This document shows positions 19,328 through 28,094 of a DNA stretch of 64,000 bases, piece by piece. The notes beneath the pieces are model-generated. The model was not told the DNA's origin. It saw only the letters and a program-made list of their open reading frames with translations, and ran no database searches. The translations under genes were made by a program, and so were the position numbers. Position 1 is the first letter of the stretch, and the number at the start of each line of letters is the position of its first letter. The DNA is taken from the NCBI GenBank assembly GCA_040880975.1, contig JBBEEC010000059.1, positions 6,486 through 70,485 on the forward strand, given 5' to 3'. The DNA comes from Bacteroidota bacterium. Lineage in GTDB: Bacteria > Bacteroidota > Ignavibacteria > UBA10030.

Positions 19328-20083
19328 GTGCTTACAAAGCGCATCATACCGTGTCTTGATGTCAAGGACGGGCGGACCGTCAAAGGAACGCGATTTCTCG
19401 ATCTGCGCGACGCAGGGGATCCCGTGGAACTCGCTGAACGATACTCCGCCGAAGGGGCCGATGAGCTCGTGTTCCTCGACATCACCGCCACGCAGGAAAA
19501 CCGTTCCACCTTGCTCAACCTCGTTGAGCGGGTCGGCGCGTCCATTCAGATTCCTTTTACCGTCGGCGGAGGGATCGCCTCCCTGCGGGACATCGAAAAC
19601 GTCTTGCTAGCCGGCGCCGACAAAATATCCCTGAACTCAGCGATCGTTCGCCTGCCTTCTTTGCTCGACGAAGCCGCCCGGCATGTGGGGTCACAATCCG
19701 TTGTGGCCGCGATCGATGCAAAACGCGAGGATGGAACCTGGAAAGTCTGGACAAGCGGCGGCACGAAGAGGACGAACCTCGATGCACGGGAATGGGCACG
19801 CGAAGCAGTAGAACGCGGCGCCGGGGAACTCCTCGTAACCTCGATGGATCGGGACGGCGGCAAGGCAGGGTACGATATTGAATTGCTCCGGGATATTTCC
19901 AGTCTTGTCCAAGTGCCTGTTATTGCCTCGGGAGGCGCGGGAACCAGGGACCATTTTCTTGAGGTGCTTCAGGACGGAACTGCGGATGCAGCTCTGGCCG
20001 CGAGCCTTTTCCACTACAGAGAAACATCCATCAAAGAGATCAAAACATTTCTGCAAACCAGGGGAATACCGGTGCGCCCATGA
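19328..20083 (+). CDS. hisF: Imidazole glycerol phosphate synthase, cyclase subunit
   Basis: [18 protein letters not shown]-terminus and [14 protein letters not shown] motif. Confidence 0.95.
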   Translation: MLTKRIIPCLDVKDGRTVKGTRFLDLRDAGDPVELAERYSAEGADELVFLDITATQENRSTLLNLVERVGASIQIPFTVGGGIASLRDIENVLLAGADKISLNSAIVRLPSLLDEAARHVGSQSVVAAIDAKREDGTWKVWTSGGTKRTNLDAREWAREAVERGAGELLVTSMDRDGGKAGYDIELLRDISSLVQVPVIASGGAGTRDHFLEVLQDGTADAALAASLFHYRETSIKEIKTFLQTRGIPVRP

Positions 20084-20694
20084 ATATTGACAACCTTGAC
20101 TTCAACAAACTTGAGGGACTTATCCCGGTTGTCGTGCAAGACCAGGAAACAGGAATGATCCTGATGGTCGGATTTATGAACCGTGAAGCGCTTGAAACAA
20201 CCCTCAGGAATCGAACCGTCACATTTTGGAGCAGAACGAAACAGCGGCTTTGGAAAAAGGGGGAGACTTCGGGCAGTGTTCTCGACGTAATCTCTGTCAC
20301 TCCGGATTGCGACGGCGATTCATTGCTGATTAAGGCGATCCCTGCAGGTCCGGTGTGTCATACCGGGACAACATCGTGCTTCGGCGAATCGGGGCAACAA
20401 GGCAATCCGGATGTTCTCAGAACTCTGCGAAGGGTCATACGCGAACGGCGTGAGACCATGCCGGGCGATTCTTATACAGCAGAACTGTTCCGCAGCGGAA
20501 CGGCGCAGATTGCAAAAAAGGTCGGCGAAGAAGCTGTCGAGGTTGCCTTAAGCGCTTTGGAAGGAGATCGGACAAACCTGCGAAAAGAAACCGCCGATTT
20601 GCTCTACCACCTCATGGTGTTGCTGGAGCAGAAGGATGTCAGTCTTGAGGAAATTGCGGGGGAATTAAAGCGGAGGGCCGTCCGGGGAACATAG
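20080..20694 (+). CDS. hisI: Bifunctional phosphoribosyl-AMP cyclohydrolase / phosphoribosyl-ATP pyrophosphatase
   Basis: HisI domain (GLIPVVVQD...[17 protein letters not shown]) fused to a HisE MazG-like C-terminus. Last gene of the operon. Confidence 0.93.
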   Translation: MNIDNLDFNKLEGLIPVVVQDQETGMILMVGFMNREALETTLRNRTVTFWSRTKQRLWKKGETSGSVLDVISVTPDCDGDSLLIKAIPAGPVCHTGTTSCFGESGQQGNPDVLRTLRRVIRERRETMPGDSYTAELFRSGTAQIAKKVGEEAVEVALSALEGDRTNLRKETADLLYHLMVLLEQKDVSLEEIAGELKRRAVRGT

Positions 20695-20698
20695 GAAT

Positions 20699-21121
20699 CT
20701 ATTTCGGGACACCTACTTCTTTGTGTTCGAATGAATGACCGGCGTGTTGCAGGGCTTTGATGGCATCGACAATCTTCTCTTCCCTCAAAAACACATAAAC
20801 GGTGTTAAACGTGGTAAAAACGAACGGTGCAAGCCCGGCCTGCGTAAGCGGACTAATCAGAGAAGGAATAATGGTGCCATCCTTCAGCGCCGACTCCCCT
20901 TCCACGCGCAACGCCCGCCATCCGACCTCTTGTTGAACATTGTTCGGTGCCATGAATTCCGGGGTGATAATTACGAATTCCTCATCGGTGCGGGCCGAGA
21001 AGCACATCTCTCCTTTTGAGACGATCATCGGCAACTCCGCAAACTGTGCGAGTTTACTGACCGTGAACTTGTCATCCAGGAGATGAAGTGTGAGTTTTTT
21101 ATCAGAGCCCGACATGCCCAT
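20699..21121 (-). CDS. ACT-domain protein (ACT_7-like small regulatory protein)
   Basis: About 140-aa core beginning MGMSGSDKKLTLHLL. The table's N-terminal extension lacks an RBS; start chosen at 21121, after GAAGG. Confidence 0.6.
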   Translation of the reverse strand: MGMSGSDKKLTLHLLDDKFTVSKLAQFAELPMIVSKGEMCFSARTDEEFVIITPEFMAPNNVQQEVGWRALRVEGESALKDGTIIPSLISPLTQAGLAPFVFTTFNTVYVFLREEKIVDAIKALQHAGHSFEHKEVGVPK

Positions 21122-21324
21122 AACAGAACCTTCAAGGAGCGAACGTGGTCGTCTAATGTAAGGCTTCTCGCCGATTGGCGCAAGACCGAACGAGCAAATT
21201 GTCGGGAGAAATTCATGTTTTTTGGCGTCTCGTCCCGAGACGGCTCGATCCACCTTCTGCTTTGCTTTTCGTAAACGTATTTCCTAGATTCGCGCTGAAT
21301 GATTCATCAATCATGAGAGGTTCC

Positions 21325-21522
21325 ATGAAACGGATTCTTAAGGCACTTGGCATCGTTGCGGCTCTTGCGGCAGTCACATCCTTCTTCCTTCGGGACACAA
21401 AAGAAACGCAGCCCGGGGCTAACCCCCCGCCGGCCGGAAAGGAAAAAAAGACCCGGAAACAAGGGCAACGGAAACAGAAGAAGCCGGGGAACAAAACCAT
21501 ACGACGGAGGCGCCATGGATAA
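21325..21522 (+). CDS. Candidate 66-aa protein: N-terminal TM/signal-anchor followed by a highly basic K/R-rich tail
   Basis: ATG at 21325 with GAGAGG 4 nt upstream. Product MKRILKALGIVAALAAVTSFFLRDTKETQPGANPPPAGKEKKTRKQGQRKQKKPGNKTIRRRRHG. Overlaps the PhoD start by 8 nt. Confidence 0.35.
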   Translation: MKRILKALGIVAALAAVTSFFLRDTKETQPGANPPPAGKEKKTRKQGQRKQKKPGNKTIRRRRHG

Positions 21523-22864
21523 ACCTCCGTTTGTCCTCGTACTCGTTTTTGTTCTTACGGCCGGAACACTTCATACTCAGGAACGTCTGCTCCAATCCGG
21601 ACCAATGGTCGGGTACGGACAGATGACCGAGGTCATGGTCTGGGTTCAAACCAAGAAACCCGCTGCCGTGCAGTTCCGGTATTGGAACCTTCAGGATCCA
21701 ACAAAGTCCTCCATGAGCAGGCCTGTCAATACCTCGGCTTCCGACGCTCATGTTGCGCACGTTCTGATCGACGGATTGCACCCGGGCAATTCCTATGGAT
21801 ATGAATTGCGGATCAATGGGAAGGCGGTCAAGCGGCCTTATCCGCTGCGGTTCCAGACCCAGCCACTGTGGCACTGGCGCACCGATCCCCCGAACTTCAC
21901 GGTTGCTTTCGGTTCCTGTCTCTATATCAACGAAACGGAATGGGACAGGCCGGGTACGCCGTATGGATCGGATTACGGAATCCTTGGTGTGATTGCATCA
22001 AAACAACCGGATGTCATGTTATGGCTCGGGGACAACACGTACTACCGTGAAGTGGACTGGCACACAGTGGGTGGTTTGAAACACCGATGGACCCACACGC
22101 GTTCTGTTCCGGAAATGCAGCCGCTTCTCGGGGCGGCGCACAACTATGCCATTTGGGACGACCACGATTACGGTCCGAATGATGCCGACCGTACTTATCG
22201 CCTGCGTTCGGAAGCACTCGAGATCCACAAGTTGTTCTGGGCAAATCAAACGTACGGTACAGCAGAAACGAAAGGCGTGTTCGGAAGGTTTGAATGGGGA
22301 GATGTGGAATTCTTTTTGCTCGACGACCGGTATCACCGATCGCCCAACCGTTCGCCGAATGACGAAAGCAAGACGATGTTCGGCAAGGAACAACTTCAAT
22401 GGCTCATGGACGGACTGGTTTCTAGCAGCGCCCCGTTCAAGATCGTCGCTGGCGGCAACCAGATTCTCAATCCGTCGACCGAAGGAGAGACCTTCTATCG
22501 ATACCAATATGAGTATGAGGCGCTTCTGAGGTTCGTGAAAGACCAGAGGGTGCCCGGCGTGATCTTCCTTTCCGGCGATCGGCATCTGACCGAGCTGATT
22601 ACTCTCAAAGATACGACCTTCTATCCCCTGTACGACTACACATCTTCTTCGCTGACGGCGGGACTTTCGAGCTGGAAAGACGAGGACAATAAGAATGTCG
22701 TACCCGGTACGCTCGTCAACGACGCCCATAACTTCGGCATTTTGAAGTTCAGCGGGCCGCGGAGAGACCGCACCCTCGTCATGGAATGCTGGGATTACAC
22801 CGGCAAGCTGCGATGGACCCATGGGGTGAAGGCGAGTCAGCTCATTCCGCCGAAAAAGGACTAA
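21515..22864 (+). CDS. PhoD-like phosphatase (calcineurin-like metallophosphoesterase), secreted
   Basis: Start at MDKPPFVLVLVFVLTAGT after GGAGG-N4. PhoD-like motifs (DNTYY, WDDHDYGPND, LSGDRH). Confidence 0.85.
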   Translation: MDKPPFVLVLVFVLTAGTLHTQERLLQSGPMVGYGQMTEVMVWVQTKKPAAVQFRYWNLQDPTKSSMSRPVNTSASDAHVAHVLIDGLHPGNSYGYELRINGKAVKRPYPLRFQTQPLWHWRTDPPNFTVAFGSCLYINETEWDRPGTPYGSDYGILGVIASKQPDVMLWLGDNTYYREVDWHTVGGLKHRWTHTRSVPEMQPLLGAAHNYAIWDDHDYGPNDADRTYRLRSEALEIHKLFWANQTYGTAETKGVFGRFEWGDVEFFLLDDRYHRSPNRSPNDESKTMFGKEQLQWLMDGLVSSSAPFKIVAGGNQILNPSTEGETFYRYQYEYEALLRFVKDQRVPGVIFLSGDRHLTELITLKDTTFYPLYDYTSSSLTAGLSSWKDEDNKNVVPGTLVNDAHNFGILKFSGPRRDRTLVMECWDYTGKLRWTHGVKASQLIPPKKD

Positions 22865-22882
22865 GATCCTGCAAACGACAAA

Positions 22883-22910
22883 AGGCGCCCGAGGGCGCCT
22901 TCTTTTTTTT
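22883..22910. terminator. Intrinsic terminator between convergent PhoD-like and response-regulator genes; reads as a terminator in both orientations
   Basis: AGGCGCC / GGCGCCT stem, an A-tract upstream and TCTTTTTTTT downstream. Confidence 0.75.
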
Positions 22911-22923
22911 GGAATGTTTCTGA

Positions 22924-23673
22924 TTAGCCTTTGGTTGATGCCGCGATCGTCTCGAATTCCCCTCGGATCTGGTCGATTTCCTTGTCTTCGCTGTGGCGAG
23001 CATACATCACTTTGTACAAAGAGAGAAGGCCCTTCACACCACCCTCAATCGAACTGATGTGCCGTTGAAGTTCCCGGATCATTGCCTCCAAATGGATCCT
23101 GCCTTCCTCGCTAAGGGACTCCGTGATCAATTTACTGCGGAGTTCCAGCTCCACTCCGACGGCGGCAAAATCTTCGTTAAGCCGGGGCGCGATCGTATTC
23201 AAGAGTCTGCGAACTTTTTCCGTCGCCTCAAGATTCAACCGGATCTCCCGCTCTTTTTCCAGTTCGAATTGACGGGCAATGCGAAACTGATGACGCTCGT
23301 TTGTTGCCTGGACGACAATCGCGAGACGTTGAATATCGAGGTGTTCTTTGCGCAGATAATCGTACGCACCGAGTTTCATCGCCTCCACGGCAACATTCTC
23401 GGAACCGGCAGCGGTGAGCATCACCACCGGTGTTTCATTTTTTTGCTCCAGCATCCATTGAAGAACATTCAACCCGCTGACCTCCGGCATCATATAATCC
23501 ATAAGGACAACATCGTATCCTTGTTTTGCGGTTGAGATCTTTTCGATGGCTTCTTTTCCGGAGAACGCGGTGTCAACTTTATACCCGTAGTCGTTTTGAA
23601 GCTGGGAAGCGATCAGACTGATAAAAAAACCCTCGTCGTCCACTAAAAGGACTTTGAGTACCTCACGATCCAT
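22924..23673 (-). CDS. Response regulator: REC domain plus a coiled-coil C-terminal domain of unknown function
   Basis: VLLVDDE...DVVLMDYMMPEVSG...KLGAYDYL receiver motifs (phospho-acceptor Asp). About 120-aa helical C-terminus with no recognised output domain. Confidence 0.85.
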   Translation of the reverse strand: MDREVLKVLLVDDEGFFISLIASQLQNDYGYKVDTAFSGKEAIEKISTAKQGYDVVLMDYMMPEVSGLNVLQWMLEQKNETPVVMLTAAGSENVAVEAMKLGAYDYLRKEHLDIQRLAIVVQATNERHQFRIARQFELEKEREIRLNLEATEKVRRLLNTIAPRLNEDFAAVGVELELRSKLITESLSEEGRIHLEAMIRELQRHISSIEGGVKGLLSLYKVMYARHSEDKEIDQIRGEFETIAASTKG

Positions 23674-23801
23674 GAAACCTCCTTCGTTGAACGACAGCTG
23701 CGGAACGAATAGCGGGGGTGAAAAATGTGGTCGCTTAATGTAGAAAATGCCGCGGGTAAACGCAAGGCGGAGCGGAGTAGTCGCAAAAAATCGCCGGATG
23801 C

Positions 23802-24140
23802 TTATTCAGAAGCCGAAGTCTTGTCGATTCGAAGTTGCTTCTTTGCACTTTCGCTCATGAGCCCAGGATGCCATGCAGGCTGCCAGACAAGACGTACGTC
23901 CCCGTCTGAAACACCGGGAATTTGTTTGATCCGCTCGCGCACTTTATTGGTGATCGTATCAGCCATTCCGCATCCCGGTGTCGTAAGGGTCATCTTCACT
24001 CCCACCCAGTCGTCAATGATCGTAACGCCGTAAACCAGTCCCAGATCAACAATATTGACTGGAACTTCCGGATCGTAACATTCCCGCAGGACATCAAAGA
24101 CCTGTTCTTGCGTAATCGGATTCAAATTCTCTGCCATCAT
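23802..24140 (-). CDS. DUF59 / MIP18-family (SufT-like) Fe-S assembly protein
   Basis: 112 aa with ECYDPEVPVNIVDLGLVYGV and TTPGCGMAD motifs. 4-nt overlap with apbE. Confidence 0.85.
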   Translation of the reverse strand: MMAENLNPITQEQVFDVLRECYDPEVPVNIVDLGLVYGVTIIDDWVGVKMTLTTPGCGMADTITNKVRERIKQIPGVSDGDVRLVWQPAWHPGLMSESAKKQLRIDKTSASE

Positions 24141-25165
24141 CGTCGCTCCTGTTCCTGGACACTCAAATTCCCGTTCTCCCCCAACTCAAGAGAGAAATAC
24201 GATACTTCCCGCACATTTGCAAGAATTTCCGGCCTGCAAAAAGCAGCCGTCGAGAGTGCATCGGCCTGGATTGCCGAAGGCGCCATGACAGTCAAACTCG
24301 CAACGAGCGCGCCGGGCCGGCCGGATTGCACATCCATCAAATGCCCAAATCGCCTATCATCGAGTGTTACAAATCTTTCATTGTTCGCCGACGTTGAGAT
24401 CGCTTGATCCGCCAGGATTACTTCATGGACCATTCTTTCCGGTTCCTCGGGATGAGGAATCCCTGCGATCCAGCCGGGTTGTTCGTCGGGTGCGCCCAGT
24501 GCGTACGCATCGCCGGCATGATTGATGAACGCTGACTCGATCCCTGACGCGCACAGAATTTTCACAGCCCGGTCCACCGCGTAGCCGACGGCAACGCCGC
24601 CCAGGTCAACACTTGATCCGTGATGGTCGAGCAAAACTTCGCGTTCCTTGGGATGAACGAAAAGGTGGTGTATCCCGACAGCCTCAAGCGCGCTGCTGAT
24701 TTCACGGTCGGTCGGAATGCTCTGACGCTCTCTCCCGCGGAATCCCCACAAACTCATCAACGGTTCAACGGTAACATCAAACACGCCAGCCGTTTTACCA
24801 TTGAACTCTTTTGATAACTCCAAAATATCGCAGACTTCCCTGGATACCCTCATGGGGCCACTGCCCGCTGCACTGTTTAATTTCGAAATTTGACTCGAGG
24901 AGTTGAAAACACTCAATAGGGCATCCAGCCGGCCGAACTCCACGATTACTTTGTTGATCGCGTCGTCGATGTGGGCTGTGGATTCACCGTACGCGCACAC
25001 CGTTGCTACGGATCCCATGGTGTAAAACGAACGCTCCCGATACGCCTTTCGGTGCCTCAGTCCACTGAAGGCCCACGCGGGAAGAGCCTGCACAAGCATC
25101 AGTCCAAGGCCGGCTTGGGCCGATCGGTTGAGGAACATTCTTCGCGTCCGGCCTCCGGTTCTCAT
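24137..25165 (-). CDS. apbE: FAD:protein FMN transferase (ApbE family) with Tat signal
   Basis: Start at MRTGGRTRRMFLNRSAQAGLGLMLVQALPAWA (twin-arginine motif). ApbE family body (GAVAKGYAVD-like GGVAVGYAVD motif). Confidence 0.88.
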   Translation of the reverse strand: MRTGGRTRRMFLNRSAQAGLGLMLVQALPAWAFSGLRHRKAYRERSFYTMGSVATVCAYGESTAHIDDAINKVIVEFGRLDALLSVFNSSSQISKLNSAAGSGPMRVSREVCDILELSKEFNGKTAGVFDVTVEPLMSLWGFRGRERQSIPTDREISSALEAVGIHHLFVHPKEREVLLDHHGSSVDLGGVAVGYAVDRAVKILCASGIESAFINHAGDAYALGAPDEQPGWIAGIPHPEEPERMVHEVILADQAISTSANNERFVTLDDRRFGHLMDVQSGRPGALVASLTVMAPSAIQADALSTAAFCRPEILANVREVSYFSLELGENGNLSVQEQERR

Positions 25166-25719
25166 GGCAATTGGGCTTCTTCTTCTGCCATTTCTTCTTC
25201 CATTTCTCCTGCAAGAATAGCCGACTCCATTTCCTTTTGCCGCCGGTACCCCATCCACAGGAAAACGGCAAGAGAGCCAAGTAAAAACAAAAGACTGGCC
25301 TGCAGCGTGAGAAACCCCGTGACCTTGAGCCACGCCAATCCCGGATCGACAAAGCGGACGAGCCAACCCGAGGCCTCACTGAGGAGAGCGGAGGCAAACG
25401 CTGTGACAATCAGAGCGATCTTCTGGTAACGACGAAACGGAGCAAACACAACGAGGTGAGTCAGCAAAAGCATGACCAACGCCATCATGGCGAGGTGACC
25501 ATGCGTGACTTCGAGCATTGATTGATAGGTTCGAGCCGGGTGGAACTCCTCTTCGTTTCCATTGTAGTACGAAACGACAGAGGCAGGCGAGAGGTCCATT
25601 TTGGCAAAATACAGCATGAAGTTCGTGGCGGTGAAACCGAGAAGCAGAACAAGCGTCAGACCAAGGGTCAGACGCATGTAGGGGTTATTCTGAAATCCGC
25701 CTGTTTGCATATAGCGCAT
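25162..25719 (-). CDS. Four-TM membrane protein with conserved His residues (DUF4405-like, possible b-type cytochrome or quinone-binding partner)
   Basis: 185 aa, 4 hydrophobic helices, His in helices (HGHLAMMALVMLLLTHL). Sandwiched with 2- to 4-nt gaps or overlaps between the FMN-binding and ApbE genes. Confidence 0.6.
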   Translation of the reverse strand: MRYMQTGGFQNNPYMRLTLGLTLVLLLGFTATNFMLYFAKMDLSPASVVSYYNGNEEEFHPARTYQSMLEVTHGHLAMMALVMLLLTHLVVFAPFRRYQKIALIVTAFASALLSEASGWLVRFVDPGLAWLKVTGFLTLQASLLFLLGSLAVFLWMGYRRQKEMESAILAGEMEEEMAEEEAQLP

Positions 25720-25721
25720 GG

Positions 25722-26288
25722 TTACTGTTCCTTCGGCACGGCGTGCTCGAATACCGCTAACATCACACGCACGGCATCGGTGATCGCACGGGCAGAGAGC
25801 GTGGCTCCGACAATGTTTTGAACCCCGCGCTTAAGCCAGAGGTCGCTCTGAATCGTTTTCTCTTCCAGCGTGGCCAGCCAGCGTTTTGGGGGCAGATAAT
25901 CCTCCGGCTCGTAGAACGCGAGGATCTCCACCGCGCGGATCGATCCGTCCGGTTGAAGGACGGTCATGAATGTCTCGGGCATGGTGCGAACAACATGCGT
26001 ATCAAAGAAAGCGTATCCGACGACTCCCTCGTTTGTTCTTCCGACGTAATAGGTGACGAGACGGGAGGACACTTTTGCCCTGGCGGTATTTTGAATTGTT
26101 CCAACCTGCTCGTCCGTCAGGAACATGGTCCGGCGTTCGACGTTTGCCTGCGGAAAGTACAAATCCAACGCTGATTCTTTCGTCAGATACACCTGAGAGC
26201 GCGCATCAGAAAAAACAATGAACCACAAAGCCATAAAGGACACGCAGAATCTCATACGAAATCCTGCGTGTTTTTTCTTTTCATTCAC
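25722..26288 (-). CDS. FMN-binding domain protein (RnfG/NqrC-like), membrane anchored; candidate ApbE flavinylation substrate
   Basis: FMN_bind-like domain with a candidate flavinylation motif NIVGATLSARAITD (GAT threonine, similar to the [S/T]GA[S/T] ApbE target motif). N-terminal signal anchor. Confidence 0.75.
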   Translation of the reverse strand: MNEKKKHAGFRMRFCVSFMALWFIVFSDARSQVYLTKESALDLYFPQANVERRTMFLTDEQVGTIQNTARAKVSSRLVTYYVGRTNEGVVGYAFFDTHVVRTMPETFMTVLQPDGSIRAVEILAFYEPEDYLPPKRWLATLEEKTIQSDLWLKRGVQNIVGATLSARAITDAVRVMLAVFEHAVPKEQ

Positions 26289-26318
26289 ATATCACCTATC
26301 ACCACCCGTCGCGTTTGA

Positions 26319-27590
26319 TTAGTAAAGATAATTCACAGCCGCGTTCAATTGGTTGATGCCTGTACCCGCGGCATTCTTGATATCCTGGTAGTCTACTTTG
26401 AACGCCACATTCGGATGGGGTTTGTAGGAAACACCGACAGACAGGATCGTCCGATCGAAGGCCTTGTTGGCCGTGAATCCCGGGGCAACGCTGGCATGGG
26501 TGTTGAATGATTCGTACTGAATGTACGGGGCGAGAGCATGCGTTGAACCGGGAGCAAAGAGCGGCATCAGATCGTATCCAGCCACAACATACCATCCGTT
26601 CATTTCGGAACCGATCGTTTTTCCTGAGAGGACACTTACCCGACCGGCATCATCGACGGTAATCCCTGCCATCAATGCGCGCAATTCCAATGCGTTCCAG
26701 GTATATTCCGCATGCACACTCCAAAGCATTGTCGCAGCGTCAATGGTACCCAACGAATCCGTCTGGGCCTGACCGGAGTTCCCTCTGTAAAAACTTCCCG
26801 CAATCACACCACCCGGGATGCCGGTAAACTCAAGTCGGCCGGTCAGACCGAAGTTCTCCGCGCGGGCATTTGCACCGCTTTGCCTTCCCCCGCGCAAGCC
26901 ATCAGCATCAGAAAAATTCTTTGCATTGAATCCTTCAACGAGATACGCACGATAATTTAACGAGGAACCAACGTCGCCGTACACCCCAATACCGTTCGTA
27001 CGCCAGGTGCTTGGGATAATTAAACGCTCCACCTGAGGTCGGAGAGAACCGAAGAAGGTCGAGGGTTCATGCTTTTCGTTGATGATCCCGACGGGCGGAA
27101 GCACCATTCCCGCCCTGACGTTGAATCCCCTGGCAAGCATGAGCTCTAGGTATCCGAACTCAACGGAAACTTCCCCCCCCTTGCCCGTGCTTCCATGCTC
27201 GAACTCCACCTCTGAATTGAACAAGATCCAGTCATTGAACCGGTAACCGACATAGATGACGTTACGCAGGTAGTCGATCTTGTCCGGCTTATTCGCCGGT
27301 ACGCCATCATCCCGCTGCTCTTTGTAATTCTCGTACACGACTTCGCCGTATCCGGCGATCGACACGCCCGATTTTTTCAGCTGGTACACCTTTGCCGCCG
27401 CCGGGCCCAATCCGCGTTGGGGTTCATACAGGGTTTCGGTCGCTTCGCCGAGTTTCAGTCGCTCCAGCTCATCGACCAGGATGTCAATCTGCCTGCGGAT
27501 CTCCCTGAGCGAATCTGCTTCCTGAGCCTGGAGTCCGGCAGGAACTCCGGCAAGAATGATGGTGAGAATGAGCCGTACTGAGTTCTTCAT
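26319..27590 (-). CDS. Outer-membrane beta-barrel porin with N-terminal coiled coil
   Basis: Start at MKNSVRLILTIILAGVPAGLQAQ after GGAGG. Coiled coil EADSLREIRRQIDILVDELERLKL, then alternating-hydrophobic beta-strand pattern ending NAAVNYLY. Confidence 0.7.
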   Translation of the reverse strand: MKNSVRLILTIILAGVPAGLQAQEADSLREIRRQIDILVDELERLKLGEATETLYEPQRGLGPAAAKVYQLKKSGVSIAGYGEVVYENYKEQRDDGVPANKPDKIDYLRNVIYVGYRFNDWILFNSEVEFEHGSTGKGGEVSVEFGYLELMLARGFNVRAGMVLPPVGIINEKHEPSTFFGSLRPQVERLIIPSTWRTNGIGVYGDVGSSLNYRAYLVEGFNAKNFSDADGLRGGRQSGANARAENFGLTGRLEFTGIPGGVIAGSFYRGNSGQAQTDSLGTIDAATMLWSVHAEYTWNALELRALMAGITVDDAGRVSVLSGKTIGSEMNGWYVVAGYDLMPLFAPGSTHALAPYIQYESFNTHASVAPGFTANKAFDRTILSVGVSYKPHPNVAFKVDYQDIKNAAGTGINQLNAAVNYLY

Positions 27591-27625
27591 GAATCCTCCT
27601 TGATTGTGGACGCCCGGGCGTCCGC

Positions 27626-27654
27626 TTGACAACTCCCTCGATTCAGGGTATATT
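27626..27654 (+). promoter_or_regulatory. Consensus sigma70-type promoter TTGACA-N17-TATATT reading rightwards, away from the porin gene
   Basis: Exact -35 hexamer and a near-consensus -10 (TATATT) with 17-nt spacing. A 16-bp perfect palindrome GGACGCCCGGGCGTCC (27608-27623) abuts the -35. Confidence 0.55.
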
Positions 27655-27660
27655 GCCAAG

Positions 27661-27745
27661 GCAAACGGACGTCTTCGGGCGTTCCGTTGTTAGATAGAGT
27701 GCATTGTCAACCTGCCAGGGTGGTGATGCACTCTTTGTTTTTTTA
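27661..27745 (+). ncRNA. Candidate small RNA (~85 nt): 5' hairpin capped by a C(UUCG)G tetraloop, then a terminator hairpin plus U-tract
   Basis: Hairpin at 27664-27688 (loop UUCG at 27674-27677). Terminator stem AGAGTGCAT (27696-27704) / ATGCACTCT (27726-27734), followed by TTGTTTTTTT (27735-27744). No plausible plus-strand ORF lies downstream. Confidence 0.4.
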
Positions 27746-27755
27746 ATTCGACATT

Positions 27756-27809
27756 GGATATTGGATGTTCGGCGTTGGACATTCTTTCTGAAAGAAACAT
27801 CCAATATCG
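27756..27809. repeat. Nested palindrome: 13-bp perfect inverted repeat GATATTGGATGTT / AACATCCAATATC enclosing an inner TTCTTTC-TG-AAAGAA palindrome and TTGGAT direct repeats
   Basis: Read directly. Lies between the sRNA terminator and the 3' end of the feo operon. Confidence 0.6.
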
Positions 27810-27890
27810 AACGCCCAAGGCCCAACATTCAACTCACTTTGCGCCCCTTTTCTCAACATTTCAAGAATGACTTCTCTTCTTCCTTATTCT

Positions 27891-28094
27891 TCACCGCTTC
27901 ACATTCGACACCGGGCACGAGCTGTTATGCACACACTTTGAGCAACCGGGGTCGTTCACGGGTACTGACGTGAGACAACGCGGACAGCGTTCGATGAACG
28001 GATTGGTGAGTTCGAATTTGCAGCGGGGGCAGGCACGGGTTTCGGTGCGGAGTTGTGCCTCAAGCGTCAGCCCGGTGTAGTCCGGGGAATTCAT
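27891..28094 (-). CDS. Cys-rich 67-aa zinc-ribbon-like protein translationally coupled to feoB
   Basis: ATG overlaps the feoB stop as ATGA (28094-28091). Product MNSPDYTGLTLEAQLRTETRACPRCKFELTNPFIERCPRCLTSVPVNDPGCSKCVHNSSCPVSNVKR has CPRC, CPRC and CSKC pairs. Confidence 0.5.
   Translation of the reverse strand: MNSPDYTGLTLEAQLRTETRACPRCKFELTNPFIERCPRCLTSVPVNDPGCSKCVHNSSCPVSNVKR

Noticed and set aside
22019-22822. 267-aa minus-strand ORF
   Set aside because: Antisense to the PhoD-like phosphatase gene, which has clear metallophosphatase motifs.
27704-27973. 89-aa plus-strand ORF starting with TTG
   Set aside because: Spans the sRNA terminator and palindrome region. Low-complexity; reading through a T8 tract and a perfect palindrome is implausible for coding sequence.
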